DNA of 64,000 nucleotides from Lophium mytilinum (Eukaryota), in the NCBI GenBank assembly GCA_010093605.1, contig MU004182.1, positions 715,032 through 779,031 of the forward strand, given 5' to 3'. Made by a program: the position numbers and the translations under genes. Of this stretch, positions 22,648 through 34,121 are shown in pieces. Within the stretch, counting starts at the first letter, position 1. The number at the start of each line of letters is the position of its first letter. Below the pieces are notes generated by a model, which was not told the origin of the DNA, searched no databases, and saw nothing but the letters and a program-made list of their open reading frames with translations.

Positions 22648-25600
22648 TCACTGGTACGACGCAACCCCCGAAAACACAAACGGAAACGCCTCCCTGCCCG
22701 CCTCATCCGGCACCGAGCTACTGCACTGCCGAATCGCCTCCATGTCCGGACTAGGATGCTTCGCCCCCCACGCCCTCCCCGCCATCTCCTCCGTCACGTC
22801 CTTCACCGCCGTCGACAGCGCCGTCGCCGCCAAGAACGCCATATCGCTCTTCTTCCCCAGATTCCACAACGCCCGGATGCACGAACTGCAGCGCTGCTGA
22901 CATTGTGCGATCTCTGATTCCCGGGGAATCTCACCTCTCTCGTATCCTGAGAGCTTGGAGTAAGCGATGCGGTCGAGGAGGATATAGCCCGCCTTGCTGA
23001 ACGCGCGGATGAGCACGACGGTCCACGGCTCGGTGAGCAGCGCGCCCTCGCTGACCGCGAAGTGGAACTCGCGGGCTTGGGGGAAGGAGAGGTTGTAGCC
23101 CGGGCAGGAGCAGCGGCCGAGATCCGCGAGGACGTTTGCATTCTGCTCGCGGAGCTTCGCGACGAGGCGGGAGGAGCCGCGGACGGCGCGCTGCGACTCG
23201 AGCCCCATCTGCCCGTCGTCGATGAGCTCGATGATGTCGGCGAGCAGCAGCGCGGCGAGGTGCCAGTGGCCCGCGAGCACGACGTACCAGGACTGGATGC
23301 GCGGGGGCAGGGCGTCGTGCGCGGCGATGCAGGAGAGGATGAAGGGGTTGTAGCTGTCGTTCCAGTGCTGGTAGACTTGCAGCGCGTCGAGGATGGGTTG
23401 CTCGAGTTTTTCGTACATGGCGCACCGCGAGAGGAGGGTTTGGAGGTGGGTTACTTTGCGGAAGAGGAGGACTTTGATGGGCGCGGCGTCGCAGAGGGTG
23501 GAGGCGGCTTGTTCGTAGGAGCAGGGCCAGCGTGCTGCTTTGTGGCAGAAGCGGAGGTGTTTTTGCCGGAGGAGGAAGTCGCCCCATAGTTTTGAGTCGC
23601 CTTCTCGTGCGAGCATGGAGCGGTAAGTTGGAGAGGGGCTGCTGATGATGTCGTCTGGGGATATGTAGTGCCCTGGGAGATTGCCGTCCCGGATGTCGCT
23701 GTCTTCGTCTGAGACGACCAGGGGGCGTTTGTTCATGGCGGCGGAGAGAGTGTCGAACATGATGGCGAGCCAGAACAGGAGATCGAAAGTCTTACGGTCT
23801 TTAGTGCTGAGTATGTCGGGGTTATCTGCAGTCTCGGGAGAGGCTCTCTTCTTCTTTGCGATTGTCCGCTGTCTTTCTATACTTTCTAATTTGCATCGAT
23901 ATGTGAAGATTTGCCGTAGAGCAGTTTCTAAGAAGATCGGAGGACCTTCGAGCTCAGTCACTTCGTCTAGGCCGGCTATATCGGAGTCCGAAGTCTTGGA
24001 TACTACGGGTGTTGTTTGGAACGTTGAGGCGCCACGCGCAGTGGCAGAACAGTGTACTGATCGGGCCGATTCAGAACATGGAGGTGAAAGGCCAGGCCAG
24101 GGACCGTCGTTGAATTGCTTTGCAGAGCTTCGTCGTCGTCGCCCTTTGATAGCTCGAACGTGTTCCGCGATGTTTAGTGGGCGCTGAGTCAAAGAGAAGA
24201 TGATGTGTGCGAAGATGACACGGAAGGACTCGATTTCTGCAGAATCTTGTAATGCTCTTCGAGCCTGGTACCAGAATGACTCTTGAATGGATCGGTCAAA
24301 ATCAGTGTTCGGAGGTGACGAGCCATCTCCTCGAGTTGATTCAGCCCCATCATCGATTACTACGTCGTCTTTTGCATCGAACGACGAGAACTTAGCGGTA
24401 CTACGATTACTCGACTGAGCCCATTGAGTTGCAAAAGACACGATTGCCAGGTGGAGTGCCTTGGATGCTAATTTCTCTTCCGATTGAGTCAACGTACGTC
24501 CTCGAACGACTGATGAAGCGCGGTCAAGGTGGCAGACTCGGGCGAAAATCCGGTTTGACCAATTTGAACCCCATTCCTCTGACATTGACTCGTGCGGGTT
24601 GGAGCTCTTGAGTGATGCTGGTGAAGGAATGGTAATTCCATAAGGGCATGTCTTTTCTGTTAACCAGCAAGACAATGCGTTTTCCATGCTGTCGTGATAG
24701 ATGCGCAGTAGGCCGTTGGTCATAAGTGTCTGATTAGCGGACAATGTCAACTGCTGCTGTATGTGGTCGAATGGAGGCTCTATATATCCATCAAATGCTT
24801 GCGAGAAAGAAGGAGTACGTCTGTTGGAGTTCCGAGATCGGGTAGGGGCATATGAGGATGGTAATGAAGCAGTTGTCCAACTGCCGGATGTATGAGGTGG
24901 AAGCTCTTCTTCATTACCGACCTGATCACGATGCTGATCTAGAAGCGCAATCGGTGCTTGCGATAACCCCTGTGGAAGTGCCGCTGGGTCCCGCGTACTC
25001 TGGATCCGGGCTGGAGTAGGTTGGAAAGGCATGAAGTCTATGTTAGCACAGCCCTCTTTGTTCGGAGCCCATGACTGCGTCGAGATAGGTTCCGACGCTT
25101 CGAATAGATAGTCCCCCAGCTTTTCGTACTCGGTGAGATCAGATCCATCGTTCGAGGATAGAGGATGTGGAGGGAACTGCGAGCTTGGAAACGGTTGAAG
25201 GATTTGATATTCCAAGAATGAAGATAGATCAATCGGGGCAGTATCCGAGTTCGACGAAGTTTGGACATTGGAAGAAAAGCCCGGAGTGTGAGAGGTGGCG
25301 GTCGAAGCTTGCCGTTTTCTGGTGGTATTCTTCCTCTTTGATCCGGTTGCTTCCGCGATACTTCGTTTGCTGCGCTGCAAGATTACGCCATGTACAGACT
25401 TCAGCCATTCTAGCGTGCATCTCTTGCCGGTCTTCGCGCAATTCGAACATGGGCCCGTGGACGTTAGAACGGGATCTGACTGCTCATCTGCACTACTGTT
25501 AAGATTGAATCCTTCCATCTGGCATCAATATGCTAATACGCACGGTTTTCTAGGTATCCATTCAGGGTCCAGCCCAGGCCTGGTTCTGCCGTTGAAGTTT

Positions 25601-25817
25601 GGCGGAAAGTGGGGGAGGCGGACTCGTCTCCATTCGAGACTGGGTAGTTCACCAAAGTTACGTCGCAAGCACGCTTGCCTTTCCGGCATTGGTCGCAACT
25701 GCGGTGTTGTCGTCGGCCTCTTCCGGTAAATGGTGTCTCTTGATGGTGATGCGCGATCTGGTGAGGTCTGTTGGGAGAGTTCCATAGCTGTACTGGGCTT
25801 ACTGGAGAAAGCTGCAT
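22648..25817 (-). CDS. alcR: AlcR-like Zn2Cys6 transcription factor
   Basis: RRQHRSCDQCRKGKRACD...CSNCAKTGKRCTLEWL parallels A. nidulans AlcR (RRQNHSCDPCRKGKRRCD...CSNC...CTFNWL). Also LLRIYHDSMENALSCWLTE, LFWLAIMFDTLSAAMNKRPLVVSDEDS and LLTEPW blocks. Confidence 0.85.
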
Positions 25818-25923
25818 ATTCAGAGTAGTATATGGACTGAGTGTGGATAGAGTGAAGCAGTGGGGTGACCGCCGAGGGAGTAGGGGAGTAAGGGCGCGCA
25901 GATCAGACGGATCCCAGGGGTCA

Positions 25924-25942
25924 TGCGGGAAACGTTGCGGGG
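25924..25942. promoter_or_regulatory. AlcR-type direct repeat TGCGG-N7-TGCGG overlapping a CreA-type GCGGGG site
   Basis: TGCGG at 25924-28 and 25936-40, about 110 bp upstream of the alcR-like ATG; SYGGRG at 25937-42. Confidence 0.6.
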
Positions 25943-26485
25943 AACCCTGAAAACTATGGGTACTTCGCTGCATCAGGACTCGTATTGGCCTCTCAGCTGG
26001 AGGTGATCATCGCTTCGAGAGAAGGGCAACGTGTCTGATATTGCTCCGTCCGGGTTTCCGTCCATGTACGGCTTCACCAGGTATTCTCCAGATTTTGGGA
26101 TATGTTCCCAAATAACCGATCCATCCACAGTTGATTCAACTCCCAGCGAGATGGAGTGGGTTTATGGAGTACCCCGGATTTCGGGCGGTCCCCACATATT
26201 ACACGGCATGCATCAGGGTTCGACGTTTACAAATCCATTCACTCAAGTGCCCCAGGTTCGAGAATTGCTTGACACGGAATCCAAAGCCTCTCCCTGGAGC
26301 GGAATTCATTTATCTGATACATAGGCTACGGCTCGATACATCTCAGTGGTGGTCTCAACGAACTTTAAATCAACATTACGGGGTTTGACATTCCTACAAA
26401 TTTAGAACCATCGCGTGAGGCCGTGAAAGGCATTTGAATATCGAAGTTATGTTCCTGACCAATATCAAAAAGCCCGAGAGATAAT

Positions 26486-28209
26486 CTATTTCACGGTCCT
26501 GAACCCCTTCCACCCCGGCAACGCCGCCCGGATTTCCTTCGCATATTCGGGAATCCCACCAGCGTAATTGACCTGCTCAAACGCCTTTCCAGGCAAACTG
26601 CCACCCATGTAGGTTGACTTGGTCGTCGGGAAGAGCGAGATATCGGATAGAGCATTGATACGTGCCTTCCACTCCTTAGTCGCCTCCGGGGTAGGATCAA
26701 TAAATTTCAGCCCTTCGCGCTCGATCTTCTTGATCGTGTCAACGATCCAGCGGCCCTGGACCTCAACGGTCGAAGGACCGTTGCTCAGGAGAGTTGGGCC
26801 ATGGGGGCCGTAGAGATGGAACTGGGACAGTCAGTAACAGAATTCTACATGGAAGAGGGAAACACAGGAAGAAAGAGTATGCTTACCATATTTGGGTATC
26901 CGCTAACCGTCGTCCCAAGATACGTATTGGCCGCGGCCTTCCACTCCTCATTCAGCGTCGTGCCATGCACACTCTTCAACCCCATATGTGTCATACCGCC
27001 CGTGGTGATATCAAAACCGGTAGCAACAGCAATGACATCGAACTCATGCAGTGTTCCGTCCGCCGTCAGAATGCCCTTAGGCTGGAACTCGACAATAGGG
27101 TTCGTCTTGATGTCGAACACATCCACATTCTCCCGGTTGAACTGCTCGTAGTAGTTGTTCTCGAGGCACGGCCGCTTCACGCCAAACGGATGCGGTGGTT
27201 CCAAAGGAGCGAGGAGTTCGCGCTTCTTTGGATCTCCAATGCGCGGGCGCACGTTGCGTGCCCAGAAGTCGTATGCCGCGCGGTTAGCTTTCGGGTCAAA
27301 AAGCATATCTTTGTAGGTCCCAAGCCAGAAGTCGAAGCCACCGTGGTCCCAAAGGGAGTGGAAGAAGGCGTCTTGCTCCTCTGCATTATCGTCAAACGTA
27401 TCCTTCTCAGAGAAGCTGAAGAGGAAGCCACCGAAGCACTTCTCGCGAAGTTCAAAGAGGCGAGGATACCACCTCTTCGCGGCGTTCTGCTCCTCAGCAG
27501 TGAGTTTGTGCTTGCCCATGGGCACAGCGAGGTTGGGCGTGCGCTGGAAGACAGTCACGGCGCCAGCTTCGGGGCCCCAAGCTTGGGTAATTTGGACACC
27601 AGAGGCACCGGTGCCAATGACGGCGCAGCGCTTGCCTTTGACGTCGATGCCTTCTTCGGGCCAGAAAGCGGAGTGGTGGATTATACCCTCGAAGGAGTCA
27701 ATGCCCTTGTAGTCAGGGATATAACGCTTAGCGGCGAAGCCTGCGGCGACGACGAAGTATTTGCTTTTGGCGGTGCGGCCGTCTTCGGTCTTGACGTGCC
27801 ATTTGCCTTCTCCTTCTTGGAATTGGGCATCGACGACAACGCTCTCGAACGAGCAGTCTTTCTTGATGTCGAGGACTTTGTCTACATGGTCAAAGTAGGC
27901 ACGCAGCTCCTTGTAGTCTGGGTAGTTGGTGCTCCAGGTCCAGTCTTTCCAGACTTCGGGTATGGAGTATTCGTACTCTGGAACCTCCGAGTCCACGTTG
28001 GCACCAGGGTACCTATTCCAGCGCCATGTTCCGCCGAGATCTGTGCCGGCTTCGAAGATCACAGCCTTGAGGCCAAGCTGTCGAAGTTTGTGTAGGATGA
28101 AAACACCGCCGAAGCCTGCGCCGACGATGATGGCATCGATGTCGAGGTCATCTGCGTACGGACCGGTGGTAGCCCTTCGGCGGGCGTATTCTCTGAGTTC
28201 TGATTTCAT
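26486..28209 (-). CDS. Type I Baeyer-Villiger monooxygenase (cyclopentanone monooxygenase-like)
   Basis: GAGFGG, GGTWRWNRYPG, fingerprint FEGIIHHSAFWP (FxGxxxHxxxWP), GTGASG, ATGFD. One intron near 26825-26887; last exon ends WKGFRTVK*. Confidence 0.93.
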
Positions 28210-28428
28210 ATTGGTGAGATGAGCTAGGAATCAAAGAAGGGACAAAGAGATCCTCAACACTGAGAGAGTTGGAGTTGATAGGATTGAATTGAAAGTTATT
28301 GAATATGGACAAAACCGCTCACTTATCTATCACAGATTCATACGCGTCCGCAAGATCGATTTCGAATATTGCTAGGCAGCTACGTGACTTCGCGATAATC
28401 ACATGGTTCCCCACACTTGGTTCAAGGA

Positions 28429-28468
28429 TGCGGATGTAATGCGGAGCCGCAGGGTGAGGGGGCTGCGG
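28429..28468. promoter_or_regulatory. AlcR-type sites upstream of the BVMO including the palindrome TGCGG-AG-CCGCA
   Basis: TGCGG at 28429, 28440 and 28464; CCGCA at 28447; further CCGCA near 28348, 28543 and 28563. Confidence 0.65.
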
Positions 28469-28830
28469 AATTCTCAGAAGCGCAAAAGTCTCGACCAATA
28501 CATCGCGGGAGCCGGTATGCCCTCCCCTGCATTTTCTGCCCTCCGCATGCGTCGTTGCTTACCCGCAATCCAGGAACCCCTCATCTAGTCCGTAGGGTCG
28601 GTTCCGACTCCAAGTTACGCTATTGTCTAGGCGCGTGAGTGTTTCGGATATCTCAAAGCGTTGTATTGTGAGAGTCGAACTTGGGAAGTCGACCGGATGT
28701 AGACCACACATTTCGACGTTATTGCCTAGATCATCAAGGATCAAATATCAAAGAGTTTAGTGCAGATGAGCTGCTGCGTAGGATTGAGGGGATTTGATTC
28801 TACCGAGTACGGCTCAACCTTGCACCGTCA

Positions 28831-29303
28831 TCAAGCTTCTAAGACCTCTTCATCCCTCCGCTTATGTCGGGTCAGAGATACCCGAGTCGTCATCAGCTCA
28901 TCCACATTCGAAGCCCAGAAGCTGAAAAGTGTGCCCAAGCCCGAAAATGCGATGGTAACCAGCATTACTGTGTGGTATTCTTGATTAATTGCCAGCTTAT
29001 AGGCAGCGATACCTGCAACCTCGATTGTATCTGTCAAGTCATCAACCGCAGCAAAAGCCGGAGGTGTACCCACGGTGGTGGCAGACAAGAAACTCGGCAC
29101 TTATGGCGCTGGAAGTCTGCCTTTTCCATAGCCAGCAGTACGATAGCCGGAATGGTCATTTCAAGACGGTTTTTCAACACCACGGCGTAGATTTTTGATG
29201 CTACAGCGGATACAGCGGAGCGGATTAAGCCGGCTATGCCGACTGCTGTTCCGATCTCGTTCTGGTCATCGACGACGGTGCCAACCATTGCGCGGCCACG
29301 CAT
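28831..29303 (-). pseudogene. 3' remnant of a TRI12-like (fungal trichothecene efflux pump family) MFS transporter
   Basis: QNEIGTAVGIAGLIRSAVSAVASKIY...NRL and, in another frame, AGIAAYK...TVMLVTIAFSGLGTLFSFW...NVDELMT match the TRI12 C-terminus. Frameshifted, and the N-terminal majority is missing. Confidence 0.7.
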
Positions 29304-30221
29304 GTGTTGACGAAATGAACAGGAAGGCGTGAATGCGGCTACGTATACTAATAGCGAGACTGGTGTTCTTCGATTCTGAGCTGGACGACGACGACTTCGA
29401 TTTGCATAGAGACTCGCGAACGTTTGTGCTATGAGAGAAACCGCCTTTGATGACGAGAGTTACCCCTAGAGCTGTGTAGATAGCTTCTAGCCGTGAGTGA
29501 CGTTTGTATTGCCACAGCGTTGGGGTGCATCCATATTCATGACTTCGTTGATGATACTATCCATCCACACATGCTACGATAACTTGGAACAGCTTGCTGT
29601 GATGGCTGCATATTTGCGTCCTTGTTCTGGCTTGAGCCTCGCGTGTTCGACGTGGTGTCCAGGAGATGGTGATGGTAGGAAGTCCGAGGGTTAACGGGCG
29701 ACCTAGACATCAGGAATACGCTAGACTACATCAAGTACGATAGATTCACGTGACCCAGGATTCGAAGATATGAAAGTAGGCCCATAAACCCTCAATAGAG
29801 TACACAAGGTCTCTGGCTCTGACAGTCGGAGTCTCCTCATCCCTCTTCCGTCGTCTATATTGATGGTAGGAGGTGGTATCGAGTCATCACGTGCATATAC
29901 TAGCAGACGGCGTCAAAACGCGATGAAGCCATGCTGGGCCAGCAGCGAGAGTGCTGTACAATTTAATGGTTTTGTTGTATCCGTCTACACCGGAATTAGC
30001 TTGAAGCACTCTCATTAAGGCTAGCATCGGTAAGTCTTACCCCTTCCAGACCGTTAGCGAACACAGCTTTGGTGTTGTAAAGGGTAGCTATTAAGTCGGA
30101 AGTTAACTCCGCACAACCATTCTTTGTTCCCTATCTCCTGGCACAAGCCACCATCTGCGCAGTTCCCGCGATCAACGCTAGGATAAACACTCGGGGATAG
30201 CCATGGTTAAGAGCTCATCAT

Positions 30222-30254
30222 CCTCGGTGCTAAGATGAACCGAACCGACCTCGG
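30222..30254. promoter_or_regulatory. Two CCTCGG (FarA/FarB-type) sites upstream of the PEX5-like gene
   Basis: CCTCGG at 30222-27 and 30249-54, within 175 bp of the ATG. Confidence 0.5.
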
Positions 30255-30394
30255 AGCTCGAAAACTTCACGGGTGTCACATGCCAATATCACACGCGTCA
30301 AAGTTATGAGATCACGAACCACGAGCTTTTAACACTTTTTCCCAGCTTTACCTTTTCATTTCAAGGGTTTCAAAAAGGAGTCTGAGAGTTGTTG

Positions 30395-32283
30395 ATGGCC
30401 TTTTTTGCGAGTTCTGACTGCGCCACTGGTCCGGTGAAGCAGCTTTCGAGATTCGTGCAGAGGGATCCCGGAGTGCTTCGGGATAGGGTCAGGAGTGGCC
30501 AGGGTAAAAGACAGCTTGCGGGCTTTCGATGTCAGAGTTCGAGAGGGGATAATGTAAGTGGATTTGGGCTTCTCGCTCTCGTACAGCACTTGTCAGAACT
30601 CAGAAGGAAATTTCTGACATTTTTTAGTCTGCGAATACGCTTGCGGACTTTTGGTCCTCAAAGGTGCTAGATCTGCCACAAGAATCTCTGGATTATCTCT
30701 GGTGGCAGAAGAACGTCCTCCGAGCTTCTGAACATGCGGTTGAGGACTTTGCGAATCCGGTCCTTCCGGAGACTTGGGCAGCGAGCTTTCTAGAAGAGAG
30801 AAGAGATGTCAACAGCAGGCCATCGCCGCGTTATCCAAGGCAAACGTACTCCACGGCTACAGTACCTCAAAAAGCCCATCAGAGTGAGGAGGTTGTCAAG
30901 ACCGTCTCGGATCCAAGCCCGTTCACGGCCTTGCGAAGCTCATTCGCAAGGTCGTCTTACCAACTTAATCCGCATCTGCATTATTCATCCCACCTCGCCG
31001 ATAGCTCTTGGATTGGACAAGAACATGCGTCAACTAAAGACTACGAACTGAAGGCATCCCCGAATACATGTGGTCAATCTGCAGAATGGGATTCCATGTT
31101 TACAGAAGTAGAACGACAGACTAGCCCACACCAGGAAATCGACCATGAAGAGACTATTGCACAGGCCCCTCTCAATACGCTCGAATCGAATACCGGAGCA
31201 ATATCCAGAGAAGAAGCATGCGTATCAGGAGCTCTCCAAGACCTTCCTCAACATTATAGATACGACTTCCAACCCGACAACCCTTTCACAGGGAGCTGGC
31301 GAGCCTTCGAAGAAGGCATGGCTATTCTCGAGAAAGAAGAAAACTTAGCGTATGCTACACTCGCCTTCGAGGCTGCATGCCAGAAAGACCCGCTGAACGT
31401 GGAAGCATGGAAGATGCTCGGCTCGACACAAGCCGAGAACGAGAACGACGCAGCGGCCATGAAAGCTTTCGAAGATGCCTTAGAGCTCGACCCTACCAAC
31501 GGCGATGCGCTTCTCGGTCTTGCGATCTCCTACATCAACGGAGGTGAGTACTAGGGGCGCGGTGCGCGCCTCATTTCTCTTTTATCTATTTTTGCTGACA
31601 CCAAACCAGGCCAGCAGCAAAAGGCCTACACAGTCCTCGAGAGCTGGCTAACCTCCAAATACCCCCAAGTTACTTCCCCCTCCAGCTCCTCCTCCGATGA
31701 CCCTCATACCCGTTTGATTTCCCTCTATCTCTCCGCAGCCCTCCTCCATCCCACCGGACCCCAACTCGACCCAGGCGTCCAGGTCGGCCTCGGCATGCTC
31801 TTCTTCAGCACATCACACTATGCCGAGTCTCTCGACTGCTTCTCTACCGCCCTCTCCCTGACCCTCACCTCTCCTAACTGCACTGTTACGCGCTCCCAGA
31901 GCTCAAACGCCCAGTGCCAACCACATCTTCTCTACAACCGCATCGGCGCTTCTTTAGCGAAGTTGAGGCGATACGACGACGCGGTAGAGGCTTATGAGAT
32001 GGCGCTAGTGGCAAGGCCGAATTATGTGAGGGCGAGATATAATATGGCGGTGGTGGCGTTCGCGAAAGGGGAGTATGAGGAGTGTGCAAGGCAGGCGGTT
32101 AGGGCGTTGGGGGAGAGGGGGGCGGGGAGGATCAGCAGTGGAGGAGGGGGAAGGGAGGGATTGGAGGATGATTTGATGAGTGCATTGAAGAAAGCGTTGT
32201 CGAATATGGGGAAGTGGGATCTTGGTGAGGGAGTGAGACCTGGGATATATCTGGGGGATTTGAGGCGGGCTTTAAATGTTTGA
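30395..32283 (+). CDS. Divergent PEX5-like PTS1 receptor (TPR protein), 3 exons
   Basis: N-terminal MAFFASSDCATGPVKQL with the conserved Cys; WxxxF motifs WAASF and WDSMF; YDFQPDNPF; TPRs with AWKMLGSTQAENE, DPGVQVGLGMLF, LYNRIGASLA and PNYVRARYN. Confidence 0.82.
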
Positions 32284-32988
32284 GAGGAGAGACGGGTGGG
32301 GGTGTTGTATTAGTAGGTGTGTATGACAAGGCTTGTTATTATCTATCTAGAGGACTTTCAAGTTCTATTCTACTTTGTCTCTTGGTCACGCTGCGTCACT
32401 GTCATCCACCTTCCGAAATGATTCCGTGGAGGGTGGGTGGCAATATCAGAGCCTGAACTGCGACCATGTTGCTGATTTGCTCATCTTTTTCGAAGCTAGC
32501 TTGGGGTTATTTTCTCTGTGACTCGTTGGGGCTTGGAGCGCTTGGTGGTGGATTTTCCTACCATCTTCTAGGCTGAATCCGAAATGTCTGCCCAGGTGAT
32601 AGTGTCGCTCCAACGCCGCGAAGATCCGCTCTCCGCATACCGAACGTCCTAGATATCTCAGATGCGAAGAAGATTATCTACTTCGCTGAGTATGATGTTT
32701 GCAGAAACCTTAGAAGATTATAGAGTTTGCCATCAGTACAGTTCAACCCTCCATAGTGTTCCTTGCGGTCATAACAAAAGACGCTTTCGTTCCTCGCTCA
32801 ACTAGAACCGTCCACCAGCAATGGCTTCCTCAAATCGAATTAACTTGATCAACTCAGATAGTTCTTGCATGTTTGTAACCAGCCAAAGCAATCTACATAA
32901 GACGTACGCCAGCCGGACTCTCTGCTCGCATTCAAATCTCTCCATCTTCCTCGGCTGGCAATCCTTCCTAGACGAACCCAACACCAAG

Positions 32989-33300
32989 ATGGCTAAGAAG
33001 CGCAACGGGCGTAAGAAGAAGGCCGGAAAATCAGGGTACACATACACACCTGCTTCCCCCGATTCAAGGTGTCCAGTCAAAGAGTGCATCTTCTGGACCA
33101 ATCGCAACGAAAGTATCAGTAAACAGTCGTGCGACAATGGAGACTACGAATTCTGTCCGGTCTCCAATCACGTGTGGTGTCCGCCACCGCATCAGGAACC
33201 TACTCGAGGCCCAGAGTCAGAGCAGATCCCATGGTCAAGGGATATTTGGGATCACTTTGAGGAAACTGGTGAGGGGATTCACCCTGACCTCGAGCAATGA
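32989..33300 (+). CDS. Small Cys-containing orphan protein
   Basis: aagATG start; basic N-terminus (MAKKRNGRKKK) and five Cys; no recognisable family. Confidence 0.35.
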   Translation: MAKKRNGRKKKAGKSGYTYTPASPDSRCPVKECIFWTNRNESISKQSCDNGDYEFCPVSNHVWCPPPHQEPTRGPESEQIPWSRDIWDHFEETGEGIHPDLEQ

Positions 33301-33899
33301 TGGAATGGGCTCTTTCTTGCCAAGCTGGAGAAACCAGATGACATGGGCAGGTCCTCACGGAGCCGGATGATGACATTACTTTTCGATCTTTTGATGATGG
33401 ACGAGCGTGCACCAATTACGAATGTGGTTCAAGCTATGCACCTGCGGTACCGAAAATCAATAGTCAAGTTCCTTTTTCATACTTTCAGTCGCTGTTGGGG
33501 ATTTAGGGGGGATTGAGACTGAGCAGGCAGATCAGGGCAGGGGTTTCTCATGGGGCATAGGTTTCGATGTTTGCAAACTTTCTGGAACAATCGAGAAGGA
33601 ACGTTCGTGATTTGAATCGAGGCGCAATGAAATGGGCATAGTTACCTTGAATAAGCGGAATGAAAACACAGAAGCCTCCTACAAACAATCTGCACATTCT
33701 CAACGATCTCTTTAGCGCCCTCATACCTTACTTTCCATCTCATCAAGCAATGCACCATCAGACCCTTTCCCATATTCCTCCACTGGGTTGACTCATCTCA
33801 TGTTCCGCCCCCGACTCCCATCGAACGGTTCAGGCCAAAAGCCTTTTAGTGCCTCGTCCTAGACCAACCCCCTCCCTCCCAGTCCGAAACACACAGCAC

Positions 33900-34121
33900 C
33901 TAGTTCCACGTCGGTGAAGGAAGTTCGCCATAGAGCTCATAGTTGTTGTAGATTCGCCAATGTGCGGGAACATCTGTGGGAGGCTGCTGGAGCTTGCCCT
34001 TCAGTATCCAGGGCCAACTCGAAGTCTGGCAGAACTTCTTGCGGTGGTTGTGACAGTCTTCTATAACATCGAGGCTGTCTCTTCGGTCTTTGCCCTTCCC
34101 AGAACCGCTCATCTTGCACAT
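33900..34121 (-). CDS. Small orphan ORF
   Basis: 73-aa ORF with a plausible start and coding-like composition; no recognisable family. Confidence 0.25.
   Translation of the reverse strand: MCKMSGSGKGKDRRDSLDVIEDCHNHRKKFCQTSSWPWILKGKLQQPPTDVPAHWRIYNNYELYGELPSPTWN

Noticed and set aside
22803..23589. Several overlapping Arg/Ala-rich ORFs
   Set aside because: Alternative frames of the GC-rich 3' part of the alcR-like gene.
26794..28095. 433-aa + strand ORF
   Set aside because: Antisense shadow of the codon-biased BVMO gene; no recognisable motifs.
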